A DNA stretch of 54,236 nucleotides from Eubacteriales bacterium. Lineage in GTDB: Bacteria; Bacillota; Clostridia; Oscillospirales; CAG-272. The DNA lies in contig JAZROG010000011.1 in NCBI GenBank assembly GCA_045648605.1, positions 1-54,236 on the forward strand, given 5' to 3'. How positions within the stretch are numbered: position 1 is the stretch's first letter; every line of letters starts with the position of its first letter. The translations under genes were made by a program, and so were the position numbers. This document shows positions 1 to 9,962 of this stretch, one piece after another. Under the pieces are notes generated by a model, which worked only from the letters and a program-made list of their open reading frames with translations, had not been told where the DNA came from and did not search any database.

Positions 1-115
1 CAACCTCAAGTGACTCAAGAACCTCCTTTACTGCCTGAAGGAATTCGGGCTGATCGGGGTCACGCTTCTGCGTGTCCGCATAAACTTTTGCGAGATACTG
101 ATTCTTAAAATCCAT
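1..115 (-). CDS. gdhA: NADP-specific glutamate dehydrogenase, first 38 codons only (gene runs off the left edge)
   Basis: Minus-strand translation from ATG at 115..113 gives MDFKNQYLAKVYADTQKRDPDQPEFLQAVKEVLESLEV. The RDPxQxEFxQAVxEV block is the conserved GdhA N-terminus. It is absent from the ORF track because it is truncated. Confidence 0.6.
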   Translation of the reverse strand, partial: MDFKNQYLAKVYADTQKRDPDQPEFLQAVKEVLESLEV

Positions 116-388
116 TATAGTATATCCTTTCAAAAAAATTAACTGAATTGAATATCAAAAGCGACGAAATTCGACACTTCCAAATTACATTCTATATTGT
201 ATCACAATTTTTTTGGTTTTTCAAGTATTTTTTTACATTTTTCTGAAATTTTATAAAAAAATCTTGCAAAATAGCGGCATTTTATGATAAATTATACATA
301 AAAGATTGATATTTTTGTGTCAATACAGCTTGAAAGTCATAGAATCAGTAGATTTTTACAAAAGAAAGGCATTTTGCAAGAAAAATTT

Positions 389-2779
389 TTATTCTTGCAA
401 AACCTTTTTAAGCTTCGCATATGTTGCCATAAGTTTTTTAGTTCCGACCTTATCGAACATTATCTCATAGAGGGTATCCGCGCCCATGGGCTTGACAGAA
501 AGTATTTCGCCCTCTCCAAATGTCATATGACTTACTCTGTCACCCTCGGCAAACAGCGGGGACTTGGGAGTATTTCTAACAAGCGGCTTGCCAACCGTGA
601 TCTCCTCTGCGCGCATCCGTGTTTGTGGTTGCGGCTGTGCTATGCGCTGCGCCCCCATATACTGCGGTGCGCTCTCTCCTTCTTCTTCAATAAGTGCCGA
701 GGGTATCTCCTCAACAAATCTCGATTTGGGATTGTACTGCGTTCTGCCGTAAAGAAGTCGGCATTTCGTATGGGTAATGAAAAGCCTTTCCTTGGCTCTT
801 GTGATCGCAACATACGCAAGGCGGCGCTCCTCCTCAAGCTCGCTCGGATCGAGGATCGACTGCATTCCCGGGAAAATACCGTCTTCAAGTCCGGGAAGGA
901 AAACAACGGGAAATTCAAGTCCCTTTGCACTGTGGATGGTCATAAGAACCACCGCATCTGCATTTTCATCATATCTGTCAATATCTGCTACAAGTGCGTT
1001 TTCTTCAAGGAAGCCTGTAAGCGAGGGTTCTTCAGCATTCTGCTGATATTCAATTATATTCGAAATAAATTCCTCAAGGTTCTCAAGTCTTTCCGCCTCT
1101 TGCTCCCCTGCGTCTATAAGCATCTGCTTATACCCTGTTCTGTGGAGAGTCTCTCTCACAAGAACATCAAGGGAAACATCCCCCGAAAGCTCTGTAAGCC
1201 TCTCAATTATATCCGCAAAATCATCAAATCTTGCCTTATAATTTGCAAGTGCAATATATCTCTCTGAATTTCTTATGACCTCAAAAAGGCTGCATCCCTC
1301 GGCATCTGCGATATCTATTACCGCCTCAATAGCCTTTGCACCGATCTTCCTCTTTGGCTCATTGATAATTCGGAGAAGTCTTTCTCTGTCCGCATGATTA
1401 TTTATAAGCTGGAGATAAGCAACGATATCTCTGATTTCCTTGCGGTCCGAGAATCGCACACCACCAAGCATTCTATAAGGTATTCCGCTTCTTGCAAAAA
1501 CATTTTCGAGGTTGTTCGACTGAGCATTAACCCTGTAAAGCACCGCAAAATCCTTATATTTTCTCTCGCCCGATGAAACCATTCTGTTTATATTTTCTGT
1601 TATGTATCTTGCTTCAAGGTTTTGGTCGTCAAGGCGGCGCAGGTGGATCTTTTCGCCCTCATTTTTTGCTGTCCAGAGTGTCTTTCCCTTTCTTCCGCTG
1701 TTATTTTTGATGACCTCATTTGCAGCATCAAGAATATTTTGGGTGGAGCGGTAATTCTGTTCAAGCTTTATAACCTTTGCATCCTTATATGTACGGTCAA
1801 AATCAAGAATATTTTCAATGGTAGCACCGCGGAATTTATAAATACTCTGGTCATCATCGCCAACGACCATAAGATTTCTGCTTCCCTCGGAAAGAAGCGA
1901 GGTAAGTACAAACTGCGCACGGTTAGTATCTTGATACTCATCAACGCAAACATATCTGAATCTTCTCTGATAATATTCTCTCGCTTCGTCATCCGTTTGA
2001 AGAAGTCTAACGGTCTGCATGATGATATCATCAAAATCAAGCGCATTTGAATCCTTTAAAATCCTCTGATATTCCTTATAAACCGCCGCTATCTTTGAAA
2101 GTCTGAAATCCGATGTAGCCTCGTTCTCAAATGCCTTTGGATCCATAAGTCTGTCCTTTGCTCGGCTGATTTCATTCATTGCGGATTTTATGGGGAGTAT
2201 TTTTTCATCAATATTCAGCTTTTTAAGGCATGATGAAATAAGCTTTTTAACATCATCGGTATCATAAATGGTAAATCCGTCGCTATATCCGATACGAGAG
2301 CCGTATTTACGCAGTATTCTCATACATATCGAGTGAAATGTACCTGCCCATATATCATTTGCAATGCTTTCATCATTGGAAAATACCGATGCAAGTCTTG
2401 TTTTCATCTCGTTTGCGGCCTTGTTTGTAAATGTGATTGCAAGCACCTGCCAAGGAGGACAAGGTCTGCTGATAAACACGGGCAAAAGCTGTTCTATCTC
2501 CTCCGACGGAAGATCAAGGGCGCTTTCAAGGCTTGTCACCTGCGCCTCATTCATCCCCTCGGGAACATTTTCACTATAATATGCATTGCCGTATTTTATT
2601 ATGAATGCTATGCGCTTTACAAGAACTGTAGTCTTTCCGCTTCCCGCTCCCGCAAGAATAAGAAGCGGCTTTTCTATTGTGAAAACAGCCTCTCTCTGCT
2701 TTTCGTTGAGAGAGGAATAAGCCTTATCAAACAGCGCGCGCTTTGCCTTTATATATCTTTCTTTTATTATTTCGGTCAT
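389..2779 (-). CDS. pcrA: ATP-dependent DNA helicase PcrA (UvrD/Rep superfamily 1)
   Basis: 796-aa ORF with Walker A AGAGSGKTTVL, the DEYQDT motif, VGDDDQSIYKFRGA and the QNYRST motif. The C-terminal tail is typical of Firmicute PcrA. Confidence 0.95.
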   Translation of the reverse strand: MTEIIKERYIKAKRALFDKAYSSLNEKQREAVFTIEKPLLILAGAGSGKTTVLVKRIAFIIKYGNAYYSENVPEGMNEAQVTSLESALDLPSEEIEQLLPVFISRPCPPWQVLAITFTNKAANEMKTRLASVFSNDESIANDIWAGTFHSICMRILRKYGSRIGYSDGFTIYDTDDVKKLISSCLKKLNIDEKILPIKSAMNEISRAKDRLMDPKAFENEATSDFRLSKIAAVYKEYQRILKDSNALDFDDIIMQTVRLLQTDDEAREYYQRRFRYVCVDEYQDTNRAQFVLTSLLSEGSRNLMVVGDDDQSIYKFRGATIENILDFDRTYKDAKVIKLEQNYRSTQNILDAANEVIKNNSGRKGKTLWTAKNEGEKIHLRRLDDQNLEARYITENINRMVSSGERKYKDFAVLYRVNAQSNNLENVFARSGIPYRMLGGVRFSDRKEIRDIVAYLQLINNHADRERLLRIINEPKRKIGAKAIEAVIDIADAEGCSLFEVIRNSERYIALANYKARFDDFADIIERLTELSGDVSLDVLVRETLHRTGYKQMLIDAGEQEAERLENLEEFISNIIEYQQNAEEPSLTGFLEENALVADIDRYDENADAVVLMTIHSAKGLEFPVVFLPGLEDGIFPGMQSILDPSELEEERRLAYVAITRAKERLFITHTKCRLLYGRTQYNPKSRFVEEIPSALIEEEGESAPQYMGAQRIAQPQPQTRMRAEEITVGKPLVRNTPKSPLFAEGDRVSHMTFGEGEILSVKPMGADTLYEIMFDKVGTKKLMATYAKLKKVLQE

Positions 2780-2872
2780 GTCTCTTCCCTTTCAAATTTG
2801 TATCCTTTACATTATACACTGTTTTTCTTTTCCTTGCAATAGAAAAAAAGAAAATTAAAAGATTATTCAAAG

Positions 2873-2906
2873 AAAAAATCGGGAGCACCGTTTGATTGGT
2901 GCTCCC
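2873..2906 (-). terminator. Rho-independent terminator closing the secA-side transcription unit
   Basis: GGGAGCACC/GGTGCTCCC hairpin at 2881..2906, followed on the minus strand by a T-run (A-run 2873..2878 on +). It lies 7 nt after the micro-ORF stop. Confidence 0.7.
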
Positions 2907-2912
2907 TTAGAG

Positions 2913-3080
2913 TTATCTATAATTGTCGGAAGAATTTCTGTTCTGATTCTGACTGTTCTGGTTCTGGTTTTTGTTCTGATTTTGCTTATTCTGATTGTTC
3001 TGGCTGTTCTGGCTGTTCTGGCTGTTCTGATTATTCTGGTTCTGGTACTTGTTCTGGTTGTTATTCTGATTATTTGACAT
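2913..3080 (-). CDS. 55-aa Gln/Asn-rich low-complexity micro-protein (unknown function)
   Basis: Manual minus-strand translation: MSNNQNNNQNKYQNQNNQNSQNSQNSQNNQNKQNQNKNQNQNSQNQNRNSSDNYR*. An AAAGGGG SD sits 9 nt upstream of the ATG and a terminator follows directly. It falls below the 60-aa cutoff of the ORF track. Confidence 0.55.
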   Translation of the reverse strand: MSNNQNNNQNKYQNQNNQNSQNSQNSQNNQNKQNQNKNQNQNSQNQNRNSSDNYR

Positions 3081-3151
3081 TTCGGTTAACCCCTTTCTTT
3101 TGCTTCGTAATCTTTCAATTACAAAATGAGTTTACCCGATTCGGCGCCGAA

Positions 3152-4621
3152 TTATTCATCACCGACAAAATGTTTATAATTGATATTTTTTGAAATATCG
3201 CTCAAATTCTGCATAAAGCAGAAAGCAAAGATCATCGAGAAAGCAAGATCGAAAAACCAAATCGCTTCAAATCTATACCACATTGCGATAAAATAGAGCG
3301 GAACACAGGCAGATTGAATAACACCGAAAATCCCTGTCAAAACAAGAGGCCTTGTAAGCTCCGAATGAAGCTCCTTTGTTGCTCTCTCGGGATCAAAGGC
3401 ATCAGTTCCCTGCATAAAATAGCCCGTATATTTCACAGCGATATCGCGGGCAAGAAGCATAAGAAACACAACTGTAAGAATACTTGCTATACCAAAAGCA
3501 ATGGATTTTCCCGTCATCTGCTCCCATGCGGCATAAGCCCCGGGATTTCGCATTATCTGCTCCTTTATGTACTCGCTATTAAAATTATATCTGGATATTT
3601 CAAGAAGTGCCGATGCGGCAGTCATAAGAAACGCGCTTACAAATGTAAAAGTCCATTTTGATGAAAATCTTCTCATTCTATATGAGGCTATCATCAAAAT
3701 AATGCCTGCCAACGCACTTGGAACTATATTGAATTCATCGAAATACAGATTTGTGAAGAAGAATGCTCCGCAAACAAAAAGTACAATTTCAAGGAAAACA
3801 AATTTTTTTACAAAATGAACCCTGTCAGGCAGCACCTCTACGGCGTATTTTTCCTTGATCGCGGCTATAAACACCTTATCGCGCATAACGCCTGCATAAT
3901 ATCTTATGGCAAGCAAAAGCCATATAACGCCCACAAGGAACATGGCGAAAATCGCTAATATTCTGAAAAGATAAATAAATTCGTAATAATTTATCCTTGA
4001 ATCACTGTAACCGTGCTCAAGAAGCGAGGTAAGCTCGGGAAGCACGGGAGTTACAGCCTTGAAAAGCACGAACATGATGGTAGCGCGCTGGAATTTCTCA
4101 GTATTTGAAAGTGACCTGTCGCATCTCATCTTTCTTCTCATTTCATTTCTGCGAAAGGCTTCCATCTTCTCTTCGCTTATATTTTCGGGACATTTTTTAG
4201 GAACAAAGCGGCGTCTGCCGAGAACATATTCACCGTCAAGACGTTCGCCAAGATACATAAGTCCAGAGAAAAGATAAAGATATCCGGGAACAACATATAT
4301 GAGGTCGAAAATATTCATTACAAAGGTGAAAAGAAGCATACTGACAGGCATTTCCCTTTGAGAGACCATTCCGAAAAGAACCACCAAAAGGGCGAGCTTT
4401 ATAAGATTACATATCGCTGCCTTTTTGAAGCAATTTCTTGCCTGATTGATCTTGTCATTGACCTCGGAAAGCTGACTTAGTCCGAAAAGGATAAAAATAT
4501 AACCAAAAACATCGGGTATAATATCGATTATGGCAATATCCGGATTAAAGAGGAAAAAAGGCGATATGATAAGCAAGCCGATCCCCATATATTTCTTTAT
4601 CTTTACCTTTTGATCTGTCAT
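3152..4621 (-). CDS. Polytopic integral membrane protein, unknown function
   Basis: 489-aa ORF with many hydrophobic helices and a charged cytoplasmic loop (RRRFVPKK...RRNEMRRKMR). It starts 4 nt after the upstream membrane-protein gene. Confidence 0.75.
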   Translation of the reverse strand: MTDQKVKIKKYMGIGLLIISPFFLFNPDIAIIDIIPDVFGYIFILFGLSQLSEVNDKINQARNCFKKAAICNLIKLALLVVLFGMVSQREMPVSMLLFTFVMNIFDLIYVVPGYLYLFSGLMYLGERLDGEYVLGRRRFVPKKCPENISEEKMEAFRRNEMRRKMRCDRSLSNTEKFQRATIMFVLFKAVTPVLPELTSLLEHGYSDSRINYYEFIYLFRILAIFAMFLVGVIWLLLAIRYYAGVMRDKVFIAAIKEKYAVEVLPDRVHFVKKFVFLEIVLFVCGAFFFTNLYFDEFNIVPSALAGIILMIASYRMRRFSSKWTFTFVSAFLMTAASALLEISRYNFNSEYIKEQIMRNPGAYAAWEQMTGKSIAFGIASILTVVFLMLLARDIAVKYTGYFMQGTDAFDPERATKELHSELTRPLVLTGIFGVIQSACVPLYFIAMWYRFEAIWFFDLAFSMIFAFCFMQNLSDISKNINYKHFVGDE

Positions 4622-4624
4622 ATA

Positions 4625-5341
4625 TTACCTCCTCTTCTTTTTGTGTTTTTTCTTATTCTTCTTTTTTTCAAGATCTTCGGCTATGCGTTTTTCGGCATAG
4701 CTTTTTGTTTTATCAAATATCTCCTGCTCTCTCTTCTCCGATGCCTCAAAAAGCTTATTGAGAAACGGAATCTTAGAAGGCCTTCTCGGAGCTTCCTCAT
4801 CCCCCTCCTCACAGATATCCTTATAGCAAGAATAGATCAGAAGGAGATTAAGAAGGAATATCACATAAGGATAAAGAATCGCCGCCATCAATATATATTT
4901 TGCAATATTCGGAGCTATATACCACATACCGACAGCAGATATCACTATCAAAAGCTCGATCGCTGCAAAAACACCGAAACGAAGTGAATTAAGTCTTATT
5001 TTTTCAACTCCCACATCACTTGATATCCTATATATTGACCTATAAAGGAAGAAATGGAAAACGACAGCTATAACAAGAAAAGCGCTCAAGCATATATTTT
5101 TCGCATTATCACCAAAGGATATGAAATCAAGAGAAAGAAACATTGCGCTCTCGCAAAGAGATGCAAGGGTCATTCCGAAGCACGAAAGCTTTGCATAAAG
5201 GAAGCTTCTTTCATAATCCGAAAGCTTTGTAAGCGCGGACAGCATAATGGCACACCCCGTTAGTCTGAAAACGAAGCCAAAGCTGTTAAGTGACATGAGA
5301 AAAGCTGCTATATACCCAAGAAATAAGAGACCAAAGCCCAT
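4625..5341 (-). CDS. Integral membrane protein with lysine-rich C-terminal tail, unknown function
   Basis: 238-aa ORF with about 6 hydrophobic segments and a KKKNKKKHKKKRR tail. It begins 10 nt downstream of the secA stop on the same strand. Confidence 0.75.
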   Translation of the reverse strand: MGFGLLFLGYIAAFLMSLNSFGFVFRLTGCAIMLSALTKLSDYERSFLYAKLSCFGMTLASLCESAMFLSLDFISFGDNAKNICLSAFLVIAVVFHFFLYRSIYRISSDVGVEKIRLNSLRFGVFAAIELLIVISAVGMWYIAPNIAKYILMAAILYPYVIFLLNLLLIYSCYKDICEEGDEEAPRRPSKIPFLNKLFEASEKREQEIFDKTKSYAEKRIAEDLEKKKNKKKHKKKRR

Positions 5342-5350
5342 AAATGCTCC

Positions 5351-8125
5351 TTAATCCTCATCTGCGCCGTTATTTGCGCCGCAGCATTTCTTATATTTCT
5401 TTCCGCTTCCGCAGGGACAGGGATCGTTTCTTCCGACCTTTTCGTCTTTTCTGACGATTGTGGTGCCAACCTTTTTCATTCCCTTTTTTGGGGCAGAACC
5501 ACCTGCGAATCCCGCAGTGGTAGGCTTTGCAACCGCAACTCTCTTAACCTCTCTGTCCTCTGCAAGTCTGAATGAAAGGATAGTGCGGACCGTATTTTCT
5601 CTGATCTCACCGATCATCTCGTCAAACATATCACCGCCCGCGATTCGGTATTCTCTTACGGGGTCTCTCTGTGCATATGCCTGAAGTCCGATGGTTTCCT
5701 TGAGATCGTCCATTGCATCAATATGCTCCATCCATTTAAGGTCAACATTACGAAGAAGCACGCTTCTCTCAATTTCCTTAAACAGCTCCTCTCCGACATT
5801 TTCCTTCTTGTCCTCATAGATCTTAATTGCTCTTTCAACAAGAAGTGCAGAAACATCGTCCTTATCGAGTTTTTTTAGCTCGTCCTCGCTATATCTGAAA
5901 TCTTCGTCTGTGCAAAGCAGACCTCTGTAATGATTGCGGAGACCGTCAAAATTCCATTCTGCGGCACTTTCACCGCCGATGAAGGATGCAACATTCTCTT
6001 CGATGGTGGAATTTATCATCTTGCGGATCGTCTCGCCAACATCCTCACCGTCAAGCACGCTCTGTCTCTGCTTATAGATGATATTTCTCTGCTGATTCAT
6101 AACATCATCATAGGTAATAACGTTTTTACGGCGCTTGAAGTTCATCTCCTCAATGCGCTTCTGTGAGTTTTCTATAAGTCCAGATATCAGCTTGACATCG
6201 ATGGGAAGATCCTCAAAGGTTTCCTTATTCTGTACCATTCCGAGCATTCTTTCGCTTCCGAAAAGACGCATAAGATCGTCCTCAAGCGAGAGGAAAAATC
6301 TCGATTCACCGGGATCCCCCTGTCGTCCCGAACGGCCGCGAAGCTGATTGTCGATTCGGCGGGATTCGTGTCTTTCTGTTCCAAGGATAAAGAGGCCGCC
6401 CGCTTCCCTTACCTTCTGCGCCTCCGGCTCTATCTCCTTTTTATACTTTTCATAAAGCTCTCTGAATACTCTGCGAGCTTCTTTTACTTCGTCATTGTCT
6501 ATCTCGGCAGTACCCGTTGCCATAGCGATCAGCTCTTCCTCAAATTCAAGGCGGCGCATCTCCTGCTTTGCCATGTATTCGGGGTTACCGCCAAGCATGA
6601 TATCGGTTCCGCGTCCCGCCATGTTGGTGGAAATTGTAACAGCACCGAATTTACCTGCCTGCGCTACTATCTCTGCCTCTTTCTCGTGGTGCTTTGCGTT
6701 AAGAACAGAATGTGCTATTCCCTCTCGCTTAAGCAGTGCGGAAAGCTCCTCGCTCTTATCAATGGAAACAGTACCCACAAGCACGGGCTGTCCTTTTTCG
6801 TGACATTCCTTTATCTGCTTTACTATCGCACCGTATTTCCCCTTTACACTGGTATATACAACGTCATTTCTGTCAAGTCTTATCATCGGCTTATTGGTGG
6901 GGACTTCAACAACATCAAGATTATAAATCTCTCTGAACTCGCTGTCCTCCGTAAGCGCAGTACCCGTCATGCCCGAAAGCTTATCATACATACGGAAATA
7001 GTTCTGGAAGGTAATGGTTGCAAGAGTTCTGTTCTCCTTCTGTACCTTTACGCGCTCCTTTGCCTCGATAGCCTGATGGAGACCGTTGGAATAGCGTCTT
7101 CCGGGCATAAGACGTCCTGTAAAGGCATCAACGATAACAACACCGTTTTCGCCATCAACCACATAGTCAACATCTCTGTGCATAATTCCGTATGCTCTTA
7201 TCGCTTGATTGATATGGTGCGAAAGAGTTGCGTTTTCGGCATCAGCAAGGTTTTCAATACCGAAAAAGCCCTCTGCCTTTCGTATTCCCTCGGCTGTGAG
7301 GATAGCATTATTTGCCTTTTCGTCAACGATATAATCTGCGTCTATATCGTCATTATCCTTTTTATCGTCAAGCTCCTTGATCACAAATTTGCGGAGCTTG
7401 CGAACAAAAGCATCAGCTCTGTCATAGAGGTCTGTTGACTCCTCGCCCTCACCCGAAATGATAAGAGGTGTTCTCGCCTCGTCAATAAGGATAGAGTCAA
7501 CCTCGTCAACGATAGCAAAGAAATGACCGCGCTGGAATGTTTGCTTTTTATATACAGCCATATTATCACGAAGATAGTCAAAGCCATATTCGTTATTGGT
7601 TCCGTATGTTATATCAGCCGCATATGCCGCTTGCTTTTCATCATTTGACTGACCGTGAACCACAAGTCCTGTAGTGAGTCCCATAAAGGCATAAACTCTA
7701 CCCATCTCCTCGCTGTCTCGGCGCGCAAGATAGTCATTTACCGTAACGATATGGACTCCTCTGCCCATAAGTGCATTAAGATATGCAGGCATGGTTGCAA
7801 CGAGGGTCTTACCTTCTCCCGTTTTCATCTCGGCAATTCTTCCCTGATGAAGAATTATACCGCCAAGCACTTGAACTCTGAAGGGTCTTTTACCGAGAAC
7901 ACGATCGTCCGCCTCTCTCACCGCAGCAAAAGCATCGGGAAGAATGTCATCAAGAGTTTCCCCATCCTCAAGCCTCTTTTTCAGAAGAGCTGTGGTGTCA
8001 CGAAGCTCATCATTTGTCATAGCCTTGTATTTCTCGGCGAGCGCATCCACCGCATCTGCTGTTTTTTGAAGCTTTTTAACCTGTCTTTCACTATATGTTC
8101 CAATTATTTTATCAATCAATCCCAT
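5351..8125 (-). CDS. secA: Preprotein translocase ATPase SecA
   Basis: 924-aa ORF with MKTGEGKTLV Walker A, DEVDSILIDEARTPLIISG, TNMAGRGTDI and the C-terminal zinc motif CPCGSGKKYKKCCG. Confidence 0.97.
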   Translation of the reverse strand: MGLIDKIIGTYSERQVKKLQKTADAVDALAEKYKAMTNDELRDTTALLKKRLEDGETLDDILPDAFAAVREADDRVLGKRPFRVQVLGGIILHQGRIAEMKTGEGKTLVATMPAYLNALMGRGVHIVTVNDYLARRDSEEMGRVYAFMGLTTGLVVHGQSNDEKQAAYAADITYGTNNEYGFDYLRDNMAVYKKQTFQRGHFFAIVDEVDSILIDEARTPLIISGEGEESTDLYDRADAFVRKLRKFVIKELDDKKDNDDIDADYIVDEKANNAILTAEGIRKAEGFFGIENLADAENATLSHHINQAIRAYGIMHRDVDYVVDGENGVVIVDAFTGRLMPGRRYSNGLHQAIEAKERVKVQKENRTLATITFQNYFRMYDKLSGMTGTALTEDSEFREIYNLDVVEVPTNKPMIRLDRNDVVYTSVKGKYGAIVKQIKECHEKGQPVLVGTVSIDKSEELSALLKREGIAHSVLNAKHHEKEAEIVAQAGKFGAVTISTNMAGRGTDIMLGGNPEYMAKQEMRRLEFEEELIAMATGTAEIDNDEVKEARRVFRELYEKYKKEIEPEAQKVREAGGLFILGTERHESRRIDNQLRGRSGRQGDPGESRFFLSLEDDLMRLFGSERMLGMVQNKETFEDLPIDVKLISGLIENSQKRIEEMNFKRRKNVITYDDVMNQQRNIIYKQRQSVLDGEDVGETIRKMINSTIEENVASFIGGESAAEWNFDGLRNHYRGLLCTDEDFRYSEDELKKLDKDDVSALLVERAIKIYEDKKENVGEELFKEIERSVLLRNVDLKWMEHIDAMDDLKETIGLQAYAQRDPVREYRIAGGDMFDEMIGEIRENTVRTILSFRLAEDREVKRVAVAKPTTAGFAGGSAPKKGMKKVGTTIVRKDEKVGRNDPCPCGSGKKYKKCCGANNGADED

Positions 8126-8301
8126 TTCGGTTCTCCTTAAATATTTACAGATATTTTTATTATATCATAAAATACGCAAAAATGCTACCCCAATTTGTAA
8201 ATTTTTATATATACCGATTATTTAACTTTTTTTGCAAAAAGCTATTGAAGAATTTCAAAAAATGCAATATAATATATACATAAAAAACACGGAGAATTGA
8301 A

Positions 8302-8799
8302 ATGGCAAGGATAAATATAGTTTTACACGAGCCCGAAATCCCACAGAACACGGGAAACATTGCAAGAACCTGCGCCGCAACAGGTGCTGCGCTTCATCTT
8401 ATTCGCCCTCTCGGATTTGAGATAGATAACGCGAAGCTGAAGCGCGCGGGGCTTGATTATTGGCATCAGCTCGACATTACATATTATGACGGTCTTGAGG
8501 ATTTTTACGAAAAAAATCCTAAGGCCGAGGTTTATTATTTCAGCACGAAAGCGCCGAGAGCATATACAGAGATAAACTATCCGGAAAAGGTATTTTTGAT
8601 GTTCGGCAAGGAAACAAAGGGACTGCCCGAGCCTCTTCTCGAAAAAAATCCCGATTTCTGCGTCAGAATACCCATGAGAGACGGGCTGCGCTCTCTTAAT
8701 CTCTCAAATTCCGCAGCGATTGCGGTATATGAGGTCTTGAGACAGCAAAATTTTGACGGACTTCGTGAGGACGGAGTGCCTACCACATTTGAATGGTGA
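8302..8799 (+). CDS. trmL: SpoU/TrmL-type tRNA 2'-O-methyltransferase
   Basis: 165-aa ORF. PQNTGNIARTC and the C-terminal LNLSNSAAIAVYE SPOUT-knot motifs match TrmL-size enzymes. Confidence 0.85.
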   Translation: MARINIVLHEPEIPQNTGNIARTCAATGAALHLIRPLGFEIDNAKLKRAGLDYWHQLDITYYDGLEDFYEKNPKAEVYYFSTKAPRAYTEINYPEKVFLMFGKETKGLPEPLLEKNPDFCVRIPMRDGLRSLNLSNSAAIAVYEVLRQQNFDGLREDGVPTTFEW

Positions 8800-8803
8800 T
8801 TTT

Positions 8804-9865
8804 ATGAACAAAAATAAGGTTATGATTGCAATGAGCGGTGGTGTTGACAGTGCCGTTACCGCTCATCTGATAAAAAATGCGGGATATGATGCACTTGGTG
8901 CAACCGCCATTATGTTTGACAGATGCGACAAACGCTTTGCCGCAGAGCAAAGCAACGATATTTCAGATGCAAAGCGAGTTGCCTCCCTGGTTGGAATTGA
9001 CCATTTCGTTTTTGATCTGTCAAAGGATTTTGAAAAGACGGTAATTGACGATTTTATCACATCTTATCTGAATGGTTCAACTCCGAATCCATGTATTGTC
9101 TGTAATAAAAGGATCAAATTCGGTTCTCTTCTCGAAAAGGCGGAGGAGCTTGGATGTACGCACATCGCAAGCGGTCATTATGCAATAATTGAAAAAGACA
9201 CAGGCGGTCGATTTTTGCTAAAGAAAGGCAAGGACACAAAAAAAGACCAGGCATACGTGCTCTGGCAGCTTTCCCAGCATCAGCTGGCCCGTACCCTGCT
9301 CCCCCTCGGTGAGCTTACAAAGGACGAGGTCAGAGAGATTGCTTCAAATATGAATTTTACAAATTCAAGAAAAAAGGAAAGTCAGGATATCTGTTTTATT
9401 CCCGATGGAGATTATGTTTCCTTTCTTTCGCGATTTGCCGATCTGAGCTTTGAGAGCGGAGATTATATTGATATCGCAAGCAATGTTCTCGGAAAGCATT
9501 TGGGCGCTGTAAAATACACCACAGGACAGCGCAAAGGACTTGGAATTGCCCTTGGAGAGCCTATGTATGTTCTCGGAAAGAACATGATAAATAATACGGT
9601 TACCCTTGGTCGCGAGGAGGGTCTTTTCTCCTCTTCTCTTGATGCAAAAAGCATCAATTTCATTGCATTTGACAGGCTTGATTCTCCCATTCGTGTTGAA
9701 GCGAAGATAAGATACAGTCACAAAACCGCAAAAGCAACTCTTGAACAGACGGGCGTTGACAGCTTCCATCTTACCTTTGACGAGCCGCAAAGAGCCATTA
9801 CCAAAGGACAATCGGTGGTTATTTATGACGGAGACTATGTTCTCGGCGGAGGTATCATAGAATAA
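8804..9865 (+). CDS. mnmA: tRNA-specific 2-thiouridylase MnmA
   Basis: PP-loop AMSGGVDS plus the NPCIxCN and KDQSY-like (KDQAYVL) motifs. I place the start at ATG 8804, 5 nt after the trmL stop, rather than the track start 8753, which overlaps trmL. Confidence 0.93.
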   Translation: MNKNKVMIAMSGGVDSAVTAHLIKNAGYDALGATAIMFDRCDKRFAAEQSNDISDAKRVASLVGIDHFVFDLSKDFEKTVIDDFITSYLNGSTPNPCIVCNKRIKFGSLLEKAEELGCTHIASGHYAIIEKDTGGRFLLKKGKDTKKDQAYVLWQLSQHQLARTLLPLGELTKDEVREIASNMNFTNSRKKESQDICFIPDGDYVSFLSRFADLSFESGDYIDIASNVLGKHLGAVKYTTGQRKGLGIALGEPMYVLGKNMINNTVTLGREEGLFSSSLDAKSINFIAFDRLDSPIRVEAKIRYSHKTAKATLEQTGVDSFHLTFDEPQRAITKGQSVVIYDGDYVLGGGIIE

Positions 9866-9962
9866 ATCTTAATATTGTATCACAGAAAAGTAATATAAAT
9901 ATTGATTTTGTTTTCTTTTGCACATATAATTGGTGTAATGTTTAACAAAATGGAGTTTGCAT

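Noticed and set aside
317-1267. 316-aa + strand ORF (and other + ORFs at 1622..2050 and 2333..2842) inside pcrA
   Set aside because: It is antisense to a strongly supported helicase gene. The translation is low-complexity and Cys/Leu/Lys-rich with no motifs.
2892-3077. 61-aa V/L/I-only ORF on the + strand
   Set aside because: It is the complement of the CAGAAC-type repeat, and GTT/CTG codons arise automatically. There is no RBS, while the minus-strand Q/N ORF has both an RBS and a terminator.
6368-7438. 356-aa + strand ORF opposite secA
   Set aside because: It is an antisense shadow ORF of secA. The composition is junk-like and there is no RBS.
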